Shown in pieces: positions 55,790 through 64,000 of a DNA stretch of 64,000 nt. The notes beneath the pieces were generated by a model. It made no database searches. It was not told where the DNA came from and worked only from the letters and a program-made list of their open reading frames with translations. Both the position numbers and the translations under genes were made by a program. The DNA is from an uncultured virus (IMG/VR IMGVR_UViG_2663762966_000001) (taxonomy: Duplodnaviria > Heunggongvirae > Uroviricota > Caudoviricetes). Each line of letters starts with the position of its first letter. The stretch's first letter is position 1. The stretch spans positions 1 through 64,000 of the IMG/VR virus record IMGVR_UViG_2663762966_000001; one strand, given 5' to 3'.

Positions 55790-58627
55790 TTAAATAAAGT
55801 CATGGTCACGCTCATAGAATCGGGCATCGTAGTTAGAAGCCTTAAGCGTATTGGTCATTTGAGTTTGAGGGGTAAGTTCTTCAAGCATGAATGCCTGAGA
55901 TTCTGATTGATCAGCTCGAACTAATGTGTATAGGGTTTTGACGTATCTATCATCACTAACTACAAGTGGTTGTACTGGCGGACGGCTAAGCACTACATGG
56001 TATTTATCAACACCTGCCGTACATGGCACTACATCCACCGTAGCATTGGATATCTGCAAGTGAATGAAGTAATCACTACCAACATCAAATGTGCATGGCT
56101 GAGAGGTTTGGATAATCAAACCATCTACTGCTTCAACCTCACCGTCTTGCGTATCAACAATTGTGTTATCAGCAACCAAAATACGATCATTACGAATAAG
56201 AAGTTCAGACTCATCGAGTACTTCCACCTCACAAGACATGTATTTGTATCGGAGCTTATTCCATTCACGCCATGCCCGAACTTTTGCTTGCGCTTCATTA
56301 CGAATGCCTGTTGTTGTGATCTTCAAAGGATTCTTAGGCGTGATGTCTTCTGGAATGATGTACTTCACACGTGCATCGTCGATATCAGAAGTATATTCAA
56401 GCTCTACCCCGTCATAGTCTTTCTGCACACCGAATGTATAAGAGCGCTTTTCAGTTAAAGGCACTTTATTTCGATGGTTGAAAAGTAAGACAGCATTTTC
56501 TTGTGGCTGCTCAAACTTGAGACGGGTTAGACTTCCGAACCGATACGGCTCACAGAAAGCAGAACTAGCGACCATTCCCGCGATTTCTTCAAAGCTTAAG
56601 TTGTCATCGTCAATCGTGTAATTGAACTCTGACATAAGGTCTGAACCAAAATAAGCATTAACTTTGGCAATCTCTGCATTGATTTGTGCAATGTCTACTT
56701 CTTCACTTGTTCGACGACCAATGTGCTCATCTAAAGCCAAATTAATGAGTGCCTGACCTGCTGAACGTGTGACCTGTAAAGGCCCTGTGCCATTAAGCGG
56801 TAGTTTGCGATTCACTAAACAGTTCAGCTTGCGTTCTTTGATGCTTAGGGCGCCATCGGTAGCAACTGTTCGAGAACGCAATACAGTCACATTGTTGTAA
56901 ATGTCTTTATCCGAGATAGAAAACCCAAACACATCTTTAATTTTGACATCTGCACGTGCATTTGAATCATCATTTGTCAAACGTGCAACACGGAATCGGA
57001 ATGAGCCAGTAAACGGAAAATCAACGGTGACCGACTTACCAAACTGCGTGAGCTTTCTATCAAAAATATAGAACTCATTTGAATAAATCGCTCCGAACGG
57101 TACGTTATTATTGTCGATCTGCTGATATTCAATTTTGATGCGGCTTGGGTGAGCATCTTGCCGACCAGAACGTGACTGCCAATACAAACCTTGCGGATAC
57201 ACAAGATTGTAAAACAGGCCAGTGGCATCATTTTTGGCAATATTAAACCACCCCACCCACTTGTCAGTTGAACCATCTAAACGCACTAAAACGTCTTGGC
57301 CAGTGGTGTTTTGGTTTTGCAGCGTTGATAGCTTGTCCCATTCATTATTTACAGATGATGGTGGTGCAAGCGTGATCGTATCTGCTGTAATTGTCGCAAT
57401 CGTATAAGAACCATCAAGATTAATACCTTGAGTGTTTTTATTTAAAAGTGCTCCAGATGTAAGCGTATAGTCATCATTCACATACTGCCAATTTGAGTTC
57501 ACTGTGTTTGGGTTTGACAAAACAATCTCATAATGAAAACCACCTGAAATGGCAGTTTTAGTAATGCCTGAAATGACATACTGACCAGACAAGTCTCGCT
57601 TGGTCACAGTTGTTTCTGGCGGATCACCCGATGTTGTAGAGATATCAACAAGCGCCCCTGTTAGTAACAAACCTTTGAATGTGTTCTCATTGGCAATATT
57701 GGTTGTAGATTCAATGATGACGGAACCCGAACTTGTCACCATGATTTCGCCTGATAGCATCACATCAAGCACACCATATCTAGCATTATAAATGGCAACA
57801 ATATCGTTAGCAGTAAACAATGTAGTGAAATCAATTGTTGAACCAGATGTCTTAATTAGATTTGGGTATTGAAAGTAAATCAGGCTTGACTCAATTTTTT
57901 GATCATTTGGGTATTGCAGAGTTTGGCCATTGATTGCGCTTGATTTGATTACAGATAATGGTGGCTCGGTGAAAGCCTCTCCAACTTGATATGTTGGAAT
58001 TCCATTCACAATGGATACATCTGGATCATAAATTGAGACACTAACCCCATCAATCCCTGAAACCTCAGTAGTGCCGTCACGACAGTCTTCTATCTGATAG
58101 TAGCCACGTCCGATAGCCATCAAGCAATATTCAATCTCTTTGCCTGTTGCATCGTCAAAATAAGTATATGGCTGAGCAATTAAATCCGGATAAGAACGGA
58201 CTTTTCCGAAAATATCAGGAATACGGGCATTTAAGCGAGCTTGGTTAGAGCGTTGAGCCAATTCATTGTTTGATGAGCCTGCTACTGGCGCCTGTGGCTT
58301 CGGCATGGTTAATACAGTGTAAACACTATAAGCCGCCAGAATTGCCGTTATGATCATAAATATAGTAAATGGCTCAATGGCTGGCTCAATCACTACATAA
58401 AAAGTACCTTCTAATGTCTGAATGTGTTCAATCTGGGCATTAATTCTTTTTGGATGGTTAGGAGTGACATCACAACTTTCTGCAATCTGGTTGTGATAAA
58501 TCTTTGCGTTTTCAGGCCACACATCAAACTGTTGGTAGATATATGCTAGAACATCTTCAACTTCTGTCTCTGACCATGTAGAACGATCATAAACATCAGG
58601 AACGATGATGACTTTTTTCAAACTCAT
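55790..58627 (-). CDS. Tail tip / host-specificity protein J-like
   Basis: NNELAQRSNQARLNARIPDIFGKVRSYPDLI; C-terminal NYDARFY. Confidence 0.8.
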   Translation of the reverse strand: MSLKKVIIVPDVYDRSTWSETEVEDVLAYIYQQFDVWPENAKIYHNQIAESCDVTPNHPKRINAQIEHIQTLEGTFYVVIEPAIEPFTIFMIITAILAAYSVYTVLTMPKPQAPVAGSSNNELAQRSNQARLNARIPDIFGKVRSYPDLIAQPYTYFDDATGKEIEYCLMAIGRGYYQIEDCRDGTTEVSGIDGVSVSIYDPDVSIVNGIPTYQVGEAFTEPPLSVIKSSAINGQTLQYPNDQKIESSLIYFQYPNLIKTSGSTIDFTTLFTANDIVAIYNARYGVLDVMLSGEIMVTSSGSVIIESTTNIANENTFKGLLLTGALVDISTTSGDPPETTVTKRDLSGQYVISGITKTAISGGFHYEIVLSNPNTVNSNWQYVNDDYTLTSGALLNKNTQGINLDGSYTIATITADTITLAPPSSVNNEWDKLSTLQNQNTTGQDVLVRLDGSTDKWVGWFNIAKNDATGLFYNLVYPQGLYWQSRSGRQDAHPSRIKIEYQQIDNNNVPFGAIYSNEFYIFDRKLTQFGKSVTVDFPFTGSFRFRVARLTNDDSNARADVKIKDVFGFSISDKDIYNNVTVLRSRTVATDGALSIKERKLNCLVNRKLPLNGTGPLQVTRSAGQALINLALDEHIGRRTSEEVDIAQINAEIAKVNAYFGSDLMSEFNYTIDDDNLSFEEIAGMVASSAFCEPYRFGSLTRLKFEQPQENAVLLFNHRNKVPLTEKRSYTFGVQKDYDGVELEYTSDIDDARVKYIIPEDITPKNPLKITTTGIRNEAQAKVRAWREWNKLRYKYMSCEVEVLDESELLIRNDRILVADNTIVDTQDGEVEAVDGLIIQTSQPCTFDVGSDYFIHLQISNATVDVVPCTAGVDKYHVVLSRPPVQPLVVSDDRYVKTLYTLVRADQSESQAFMLEELTPQTQMTNTLKASNYDARFYERDHDFI

Positions 58628-58944
58628 TTATAAAACCTCGTTTCCCGAAAGTTCATGGAAATAATCTCAAGTGGAACGTACTGCACACCACGGCCAGTTA
58701 AGTGCAAAACCTTATCGCAATAAAAAAGCCCAACATGTGTTGAACTTCTTTTGCCATTCGTAAAAAATACAATGCATGGGGAAATGGGTTCCTTTAGTTT
58801 CTTGAAGCTACCCTTTCCATTTAAAAACCGTTCTAGTCGTTTTTTAAGATCTCGACCTGTAACTTCCTTCCATGCTTCACATAAGAACTCATTGCAGGTG
58901 TAATCCTTGGTCCAGACTCGGTTATGTAAGTGGTCAAGATTCAT
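58624..58944 (-). CDS. NlpC-like tail assembly protein
   Basis: YTC..F..EAW...HVGL....VLH. Confidence 0.65.
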   Translation of the reverse strand: MNLDHLHNRVWTKDYTCNEFLCEAWKEVTGRDLKKRLERFLNGKGSFKKLKEPISPCIVFFTNGKRSSTHVGLFYCDKVLHLTGRGVQYVPLEIISMNFRETRFYK

Positions 58945-59447
58945 ATCATGCCCCGCAACAGTGGGAAGCGCTCTAAAGAATAGATTTCACCAGTCTTAAC
59001 GCTATTAAGTTCTGGTGCTTGTGCATCAAAAGTACAGTTACCAGAGCCATCTTTAGATAGAGTGGCGACCTCTAATGTCTGTAAAGAAACCATTGGGGCA
59101 GTTAGATCATCATCTCGGTATAACCGCCACTTAACGGATGGTCTAACTTTCCAGTTGGTGCCTAACCGAGCAGAAACAACTGATTTAATTAGCTCATCGT
59201 CTACATCGGCAATCGTTAGGTTTAACTTCTGGTCAAGGTCATTTGTGACTGTAGATCGTTGAATGGACATAGGTTGATATTCATATGGAACATCTGGCCC
59301 TGTTGCCTCATGCTTTACAGTCACACCTTCTGTATCGTTTTTGACGAACCGGAAGGGCTCAGTAAAGTCTGGATGAGAAATCTCAACGCATTCCAACGGC
59401 ACCACACCACTGCTTGAGTTTAAAAAGAAGGATGTATAGTCAGGCAT
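58941..59447 (-). CDS. DUF1833-like minor tail protein
   Basis: EISHPDF...TGEIY..ERFPLLRG. Confidence 0.75.
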   Translation of the reverse strand: MPDYTSFFLNSSSGVVPLECVEISHPDFTEPFRFVKNDTEGVTVKHEATGPDVPYEYQPMSIQRSTVTNDLDQKLNLTIADVDDELIKSVVSARLGTNWKVRPSVKWRLYRDDDLTAPMVSLQTLEVATLSKDGSGNCTFDAQAPELNSVKTGEIYSLERFPLLRGMI

Positions 59448-59924
59448 CTAAATACCCTCCATCGCTCTTGGCAGATCGTCGTTTACCAGTTTTTCGAGTG
59501 GGTTGAATAACGATGCTAAGTCCTCCCCACCATTCCCAGTCTCAACAATGATCTTATTAAGTTCAGAGTCTACAATTGGCTTAACTCGCAACTGAGCAGT
59601 AACTGTATAAACTGGTCCTTGCATGCTCGACAGTTGGAAGCTATCAGCAACAAATAAGCATTCATAAGGCTTAAATTCTGGACCATTTACCCGAAGCGAG
59701 GCACTAAACTTCTGATTAGGGGCTTCACACCAAACGTTATAAAACGCATCAAGATACTGAAACCCATCCTCAAGAACTTTCCATTGAACATTGACAGTGT
59801 GATACCCATTTTTTAGTCCTCTTCGTGAACGTGGTGCGCCACCATCTAACTCTTGAGTGATTACCCCGCTCTTCAAACTAGCCGAGTAACCCTCTTGTGT
59901 TGAGCAGTATTTTAATGTGTTCAT
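59448..59924 (-). CDS. Distal/minor tail protein
   Basis: ELDGGAPRSRR motif; position after the tape measure gene. Confidence 0.65.
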   Translation of the reverse strand: MNTLKYCSTQEGYSASLKSGVITQELDGGAPRSRRGLKNGYHTVNVQWKVLEDGFQYLDAFYNVWCEAPNQKFSASLRVNGPEFKPYECLFVADSFQLSSMQGPVYTVTAQLRVKPIVDSELNKIIVETGNGGEDLASLFNPLEKLVNDDLPRAMEGI

Positions 59925-59964
59925 ATTAGCCCCATAAAAAAACCGACCTCTAAGTGGGTCGGTT

Positions 59965-60114
59965 TTAAGCTTTAATTGCTGCGATAATTTCAGGTAGTTT
60001 CCAAAGTACTATTGGCACCGAGAATAGGATCATAAAGGCAATAATGGTCTGCCATAACCCATGTTTTTCAATACACACTTTCATTAACTCCACTATTGGT
60101 TTAAAATGCTCCAT
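59965..60114 (-). CDS. 49-aa single-TM peptide absent from the ORF track
   Basis: MEHFKPIVELMKVCIEKHGLWQTIIAFMILFSVPIVLWKLPEIIAAIKA; AAGGAG RBS; flanked by terminator-like hairpins. Confidence 0.6.
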   Translation of the reverse strand: MEHFKPIVELMKVCIEKHGLWQTIIAFMILFSVPIVLWKLPEIIAAIKA

Positions 60115-60366
60115 ATAGATTGTATATCTCCTTAATCTTGCTCTGGTTAAGTTGTAAAAAAACCCCGATGCGTCAACATCGGGGTTTTTGCTTTTTCAGG
60201 ATTTTAAATCCTTCAATTTTTTAGTTCATCCTGCGGTTTTTCCGCATTCAGAAATAGAAAAAGCCGCCCTTAGGCAGCTCTTCGTTTGTTCTCTCTTATA
60301 CTGTTAACTTCAAACGGTTTTACTTACATACCGCTTACGGTTCTTCTCTTATGCCTGTACTTTTAA

Positions 60367-60792
60367 TTAAGGGTTTTGCTCATCAGCAGGCTTGCCCTGA
60401 CAAAATTCAACAAGGCTTAAAGTTGAAATATCAGAAACACGGATCTGAATACTTAATGGTCTGCCCTCAGCTGGGAACAATTTTGAGTTTTGAATATATT
60501 TTGCATCTTTAAGATACAAAAAATGTTCTTTAAGTGAGTCTGGAAATTTAATTTCCTCACCATCATCTAACTTTTTAATTATCTCTTCTCTTGGCTCTTT
60601 GATATGGGAATAAAAGAATTCCTTCCAAAGTGAATTTTCTTCGAGTTCGAAAAATTCTTCTTCACTGATTGCAGTACCAGTAATTACGCTGCCACCAACC
60701 CCGACTGTCACATAGAAATCTGGATAATAATCTTCTCTATGTGCATTTTCAGAAATTGCTTTTATCAATAAATTAGTATCATTTCTACTCAT
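60367..60792 (-). CDS. Moron, GvpU-like protein of unknown function
   Basis: VT..VGG.VITG..IS..EFF...FLYLKDA...IRVSDI pattern; AT-rich. Confidence 0.5.
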   Translation of the reverse strand: MSRNDTNLLIKAISENAHREDYYPDFYVTVGVGGSVITGTAISEEEFFELEENSLWKEFFYSHIKEPREEIIKKLDDGEEIKFPDSLKEHFLYLKDAKYIQNSKLFPAEGRPLSIQIRVSDISTLSLVEFCQGKPADEQNP

Positions 60793-60872
60793 TCTTCTTT
60801 TCCATAAAGTTTAATTAAGAAGATTCGAATCTATCAAAGAATAAATTTAATAGCCACCGAAGTGGCTACCAA

Positions 60873-63800
60873 TTATTGCCGTCTAGGTGTTGCATTGTAG
60901 TTTTGCTTGAATGCCTTGCTGATTCTACTATTAGGGTTTTGAATTCCCTGTAGGAAAACCTGTTCTGCAACTTCTCCAGCAATCTGTCTAATGCGAACAT
61001 CTAATGAACCATCATCATTTCTAGTCACGTCAGCGGTTTGTCCTTCCATGACGTAGACATTCACGATTGGTTCTAAGACAGTGGCACTACCATTAGTAGG
61101 ATTAGAGTTAATCGCGTTGTATTGGTTCATTTCACGCTGAGAAGCCAAGAAGCTTGTTAAGTCTTGGTTTTGGCGTGGAGAAACAACACGTTCGCCTTTA
61201 TCTAGAAGATAGGTCGCCTCTTTAGGAACATAGTCTTTACCACCATGGAAAATGCCAGCAACAGATTGAATGTTTCCTACAATGCTTGCGGTACTTGCTG
61301 CAACACTAGCCATAGCAGCTAAGTTATATGGGAATGGGTTTGCGGACGCTTGTGCAATACCTTGCTGAATGGAAATAAGTGACTGAGCAATAGCAAAGGC
61401 TTTGTTTGCAGCAAACATAGCCTTGTAAATCCCTGATTGCTTATCACCAGCTGCTTCCAACATATCCACCATTGATCCAGAGATTTGTTCTCCATAAAAA
61501 GAATTTAATTTAGCCCTTTCTAACAGATAAGCTTTCTCTGCTGCCAAGTTGGAAGCACGCGCTTCCTCTTCTGAAATATTGTTCCATTTCAAGGCATCTG
61601 CAATCGTTTTTCTGCGATCTTCTAGCTCCTTATCCAGATTGTAATACCCTTGGATGCCACTCATTGATGCGCTCATAGCTTGGTAGTTTTGGAAGGAATC
61701 CCTTCTTCGACTCTCATACTCATTATCTTCTGCTCTTGCAGACGCATTAAGTAAGCCGGCACGTATTTTTGCATCGCGAATTTCTTCAATTTTTTTTCGC
61801 TCTAACTCATATCTTTTTGCAAGAGCATCAGATTCATGCATATAGGATTGCTGAGCCTGAAAAAGACGTTGCTCTTGAGCGAGTTGAATCATCCCAACTT
61901 CTTGATCGTACTCCTGCTTAAGTGCATCAAGACGAATCTGCTTTAAATCATCCGTTAACTCAGTTCCTTCCTTGATTTGCATCTGCTTAGTTTCATATGA
62001 GTATTTGAGTTTCTGCTCTTCACTCCAGTGAAATTGATTGATCTCATATGTTAATTCACGCAAATACAATTCTTTGTTTAATTCAGCACGAGCCGTAGCC
62101 TTTGCAATATAGTCTTTCTCTTCATTTCCAAAGTTTGCCTTTCGGATTTCAGCTAACTCGCGCTGTAAATCATTTTCAATTTGAGTCAATTTAGGAGCGT
62201 AACTATCTGCAAATTGATCACGTAATCTAGCTTGTTCCTCAAACAATCTTTTAGCTTCGTTCGCCTCTTTTATGGCTTCTCGATTTGCTTTGCTTGACTC
62301 CGAATTAGACTTACGTGCAGCAGCTGCACTATTACGTTTAGCTTGGGCGACTGCCTCCTCACTTGCTTGGAGTTTTCGGTTGGCGGCAAGATTCTGATCA
62401 ATAATTTTTGCATCTTGCGCAGATATCTTATTGCCATTCTGAACATATGCCTCAGCAAAGGCTTTTGCTCTTTCAGGGTCAAAACCATAATTCCCAATAA
62501 GTTTGTTTGAAAGCTCTGTCTTAAAAGTACTTTGCTGTAATTTCTTTAGATAGTCACTTAGTGCATTAGTTGCATTATTTGCAGCACCTGCAACACCATC
62601 CAAACTGTTCGCATGGATATTATTCTGATTAGCTGCGTTTTGTGCTGCATTACCTTGAAGTTTTGCTTCTATACCTACAGCTTTTAAGCCATCTACCAAC
62701 TTTACGCCTGCAAAATATGCCTGATCATACCCTTCAACTTGTTTTTTAAGTGCGTTATAGAGGTCTGGCGGAATACTCATGCCATTGAGTCTTCTCAGTG
62801 CTTCTGTGTAGCTAATTGTTCCTAGACGAGCTTCATTGGATATTTTTGTTACCTCTACATTTCCTTGTGCAAAGTTTTGAATATCAATTAAAGCCGCACC
62901 TGCTGCTAATTCTGCATCGCGTAAAGCCTTGTTCTGGGCTTCTAACGCAGCTGTCATATCATTTATAGCTGACTGTTTTTCCACACCATGAAGTTTACGT
63001 AACTCTTCTGCTGCTTGATTTGCCACCTCTGCTTGCTCTTTAAGTTTTTGGTTGGCCTTTTCTGTTCGGTCTTGCATATACATGTAGCCAGCAGCTAATG
63101 CTGTAACACCGATAGTTAGAACGCCTGCCCAACCACCTACTAAACCAAAAATTTTAGAACCTACGCTTGTTGCTGTGTTTAACGCATTTTGAGCCGCAGT
63201 TTGAGCTATTACCGCTTGCGTTACTGCATCTGAAGCAATTTTGTATCGTGCATTTGCAGCAGTTGCCCCAAATTTTGCTTGCGTCTCAGCATTAGTCGCC
63301 TGAACATTTGCAAGGTGCGCTTTAGCTTCATTTACTTTTAAAGTAGCGAGGATGAGTGCATCTTGTTTTTGTGCTTGATCAGCAACCTTTTGAGCAGCAG
63401 AAGCAACAAGATCCGATTGAACCGCAACTGTTTTCGAGATTATCGCTTTGGTGATTGCTCCAATTCCTAATACAACTGCACCATCTGCCAATAATTCAAA
63501 GTTGTTAGCAAGACCTTCTATTGAGCCTGAAAGTACTTGCGCAGCACCTGAGCTTCTACCTGCCTCTCCAATGAACTGAGTTAAACTATTGCTTAATAAG
63601 CCCAATGATTGCCCAATTGTTGAATCTGTTTTGCCAAATTGCTTGTCAGCTTCATCTGACATTTTTAATAATGCTTTGGTGACCTTCTCAGAGGTTAATT
63701 CTCCATTTTCTGCCATAGATTTAAGTTGTCCAATTGGGACATTCATCCCTTTTGCTAACAACTGCATTAATCCATAGCCATTTTCCATTACTGAGTTGAA

Positions 63801-64000
63801 TTCATCCCCTCGCAATGCACCACTACCAAGGGCCTGACCTAATTGCATAATTGCAGCATCCGCTTGGGCTGCTGTTGCTCCTGATAGCGCAATTCCTTTA
63901 GAGATTGTTTCTGTTAATCGCCCAATATCCTCTTGCGCAAGCCCGACATCTTTGGCATTCATTGCTAGTTTTTGATAGACAGTAGCAGTCGATTCCCATG
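60873..64000 (-). CDS. Tail tape measure protein (5' end beyond the window)
   Basis: QLGQALGSGALRGDEFNSVMEN tape-measure N-domain; long Ala-rich helical body. Confidence 0.9.
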   Translation of the reverse strand, partial: WESTATVYQKLAMNAKDVGLAQEDIGRLTETISKGIALSGATAAQADAAIMQLGQALGSGALRGDEFNSVMENGYGLMQLLAKGMNVPIGQLKSMAENGELTSEKVTKALLKMSDEADKQFGKTDSTIGQSLGLLSNSLTQFIGEAGRSSGAAQVLSGSIEGLANNFELLADGAVVLGIGAITKAIISKTVAVQSDLVASAAQKVADQAQKQDALILATLKVNEAKAHLANVQATNAETQAKFGATAANARYKIASDAVTQAVIAQTAAQNALNTATSVGSKIFGLVGGWAGVLTIGVTALAAGYMYMQDRTEKANQKLKEQAEVANQAAEELRKLHGVEKQSAINDMTAALEAQNKALRDAELAAGAALIDIQNFAQGNVEVTKISNEARLGTISYTEALRRLNGMSIPPDLYNALKKQVEGYDQAYFAGVKLVDGLKAVGIEAKLQGNAAQNAANQNNIHANSLDGVAGAANNATNALSDYLKKLQQSTFKTELSNKLIGNYGFDPERAKAFAEAYVQNGNKISAQDAKIIDQNLAANRKLQASEEAVAQAKRNSAAAARKSNSESSKANREAIKEANEAKRLFEEQARLRDQFADSYAPKLTQIENDLQRELAEIRKANFGNEEKDYIAKATARAELNKELYLRELTYEINQFHWSEEQKLKYSYETKQMQIKEGTELTDDLKQIRLDALKQEYDQEVGMIQLAQEQRLFQAQQSYMHESDALAKRYELERKKIEEIRDAKIRAGLLNASARAEDNEYESRRRDSFQNYQAMSASMSGIQGYYNLDKELEDRRKTIADALKWNNISEEEARASNLAAEKAYLLERAKLNSFYGEQISGSMVDMLEAAGDKQSGIYKAMFAANKAFAIAQSLISIQQGIAQASANPFPYNLAAMASVAASTASIVGNIQSVAGIFHGGKDYVPKEATYLLDKGERVVSPRQNQDLTSFLASQREMNQYNAINSNPTNGSATVLEPIVNVYVMEGQTADVTRNDDGSLDVRIRQIAGEVAEQVFLQGIQNPNSRISKAFKQNYNATPRRQ

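Noticed and set aside
60367..60792. Gas vesicle function
   Set aside because: Isolated GvpU-like gene with no gvpA or other gvp genes
1454..63777. Short antisense or nested ORFs in the track (e.g. 4384..4770, 42135..42623, 55970..56458, 10831..11193)
   Set aside because: Shadows of long coding genes with no RBS or protein-like motifs; only 4382..4741 was retained as a candidate

Overview
AT-rich Acinetobacter (baumannii-like; carries ISAba1) DNA made of two prophage blocks fused at an ISAba1 copy. Block 1 (~1-46.4 kb, mostly minus strand) is the morphogenesis and counter-defence region of a P1-like myovirus: DarB-, DdrB-, DarA- and Hdf-like anti-restriction proteins, portal, prohead protease, major capsid, sheath, baseplate, a 3189-aa spike/fibre chimera, an intein-containing large terminase, a Tad1-like anti-defence sponge, a RelE/StbD-type TA pair, an antirepressor and several morons. 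ISAba1 (46440-47619) has no target duplication and truncates a tyrosine integrase. Block 2 (47.6-64 kb) is the integrase, lysis and tail end of a siphovirus prophage with two tandem tail-tip modules. The main unannotated signal is a putative late-gene regulon in block 1: 14 intergenic sites share TGGAAC-N29-(-10-like hexamer), and most are followed by a hairpin that buries the ribosome-binding site unless transcription starts at that promoter. Other signals: a three-way-junction RNA behind a BECR-type nuclease gene, a three-fragment mosaic mini-gene, a candidate overprinted ORF in darB and an [F/Y]DS motif enriched in head proteins. All family assignments come from motif recognition, not database searches.
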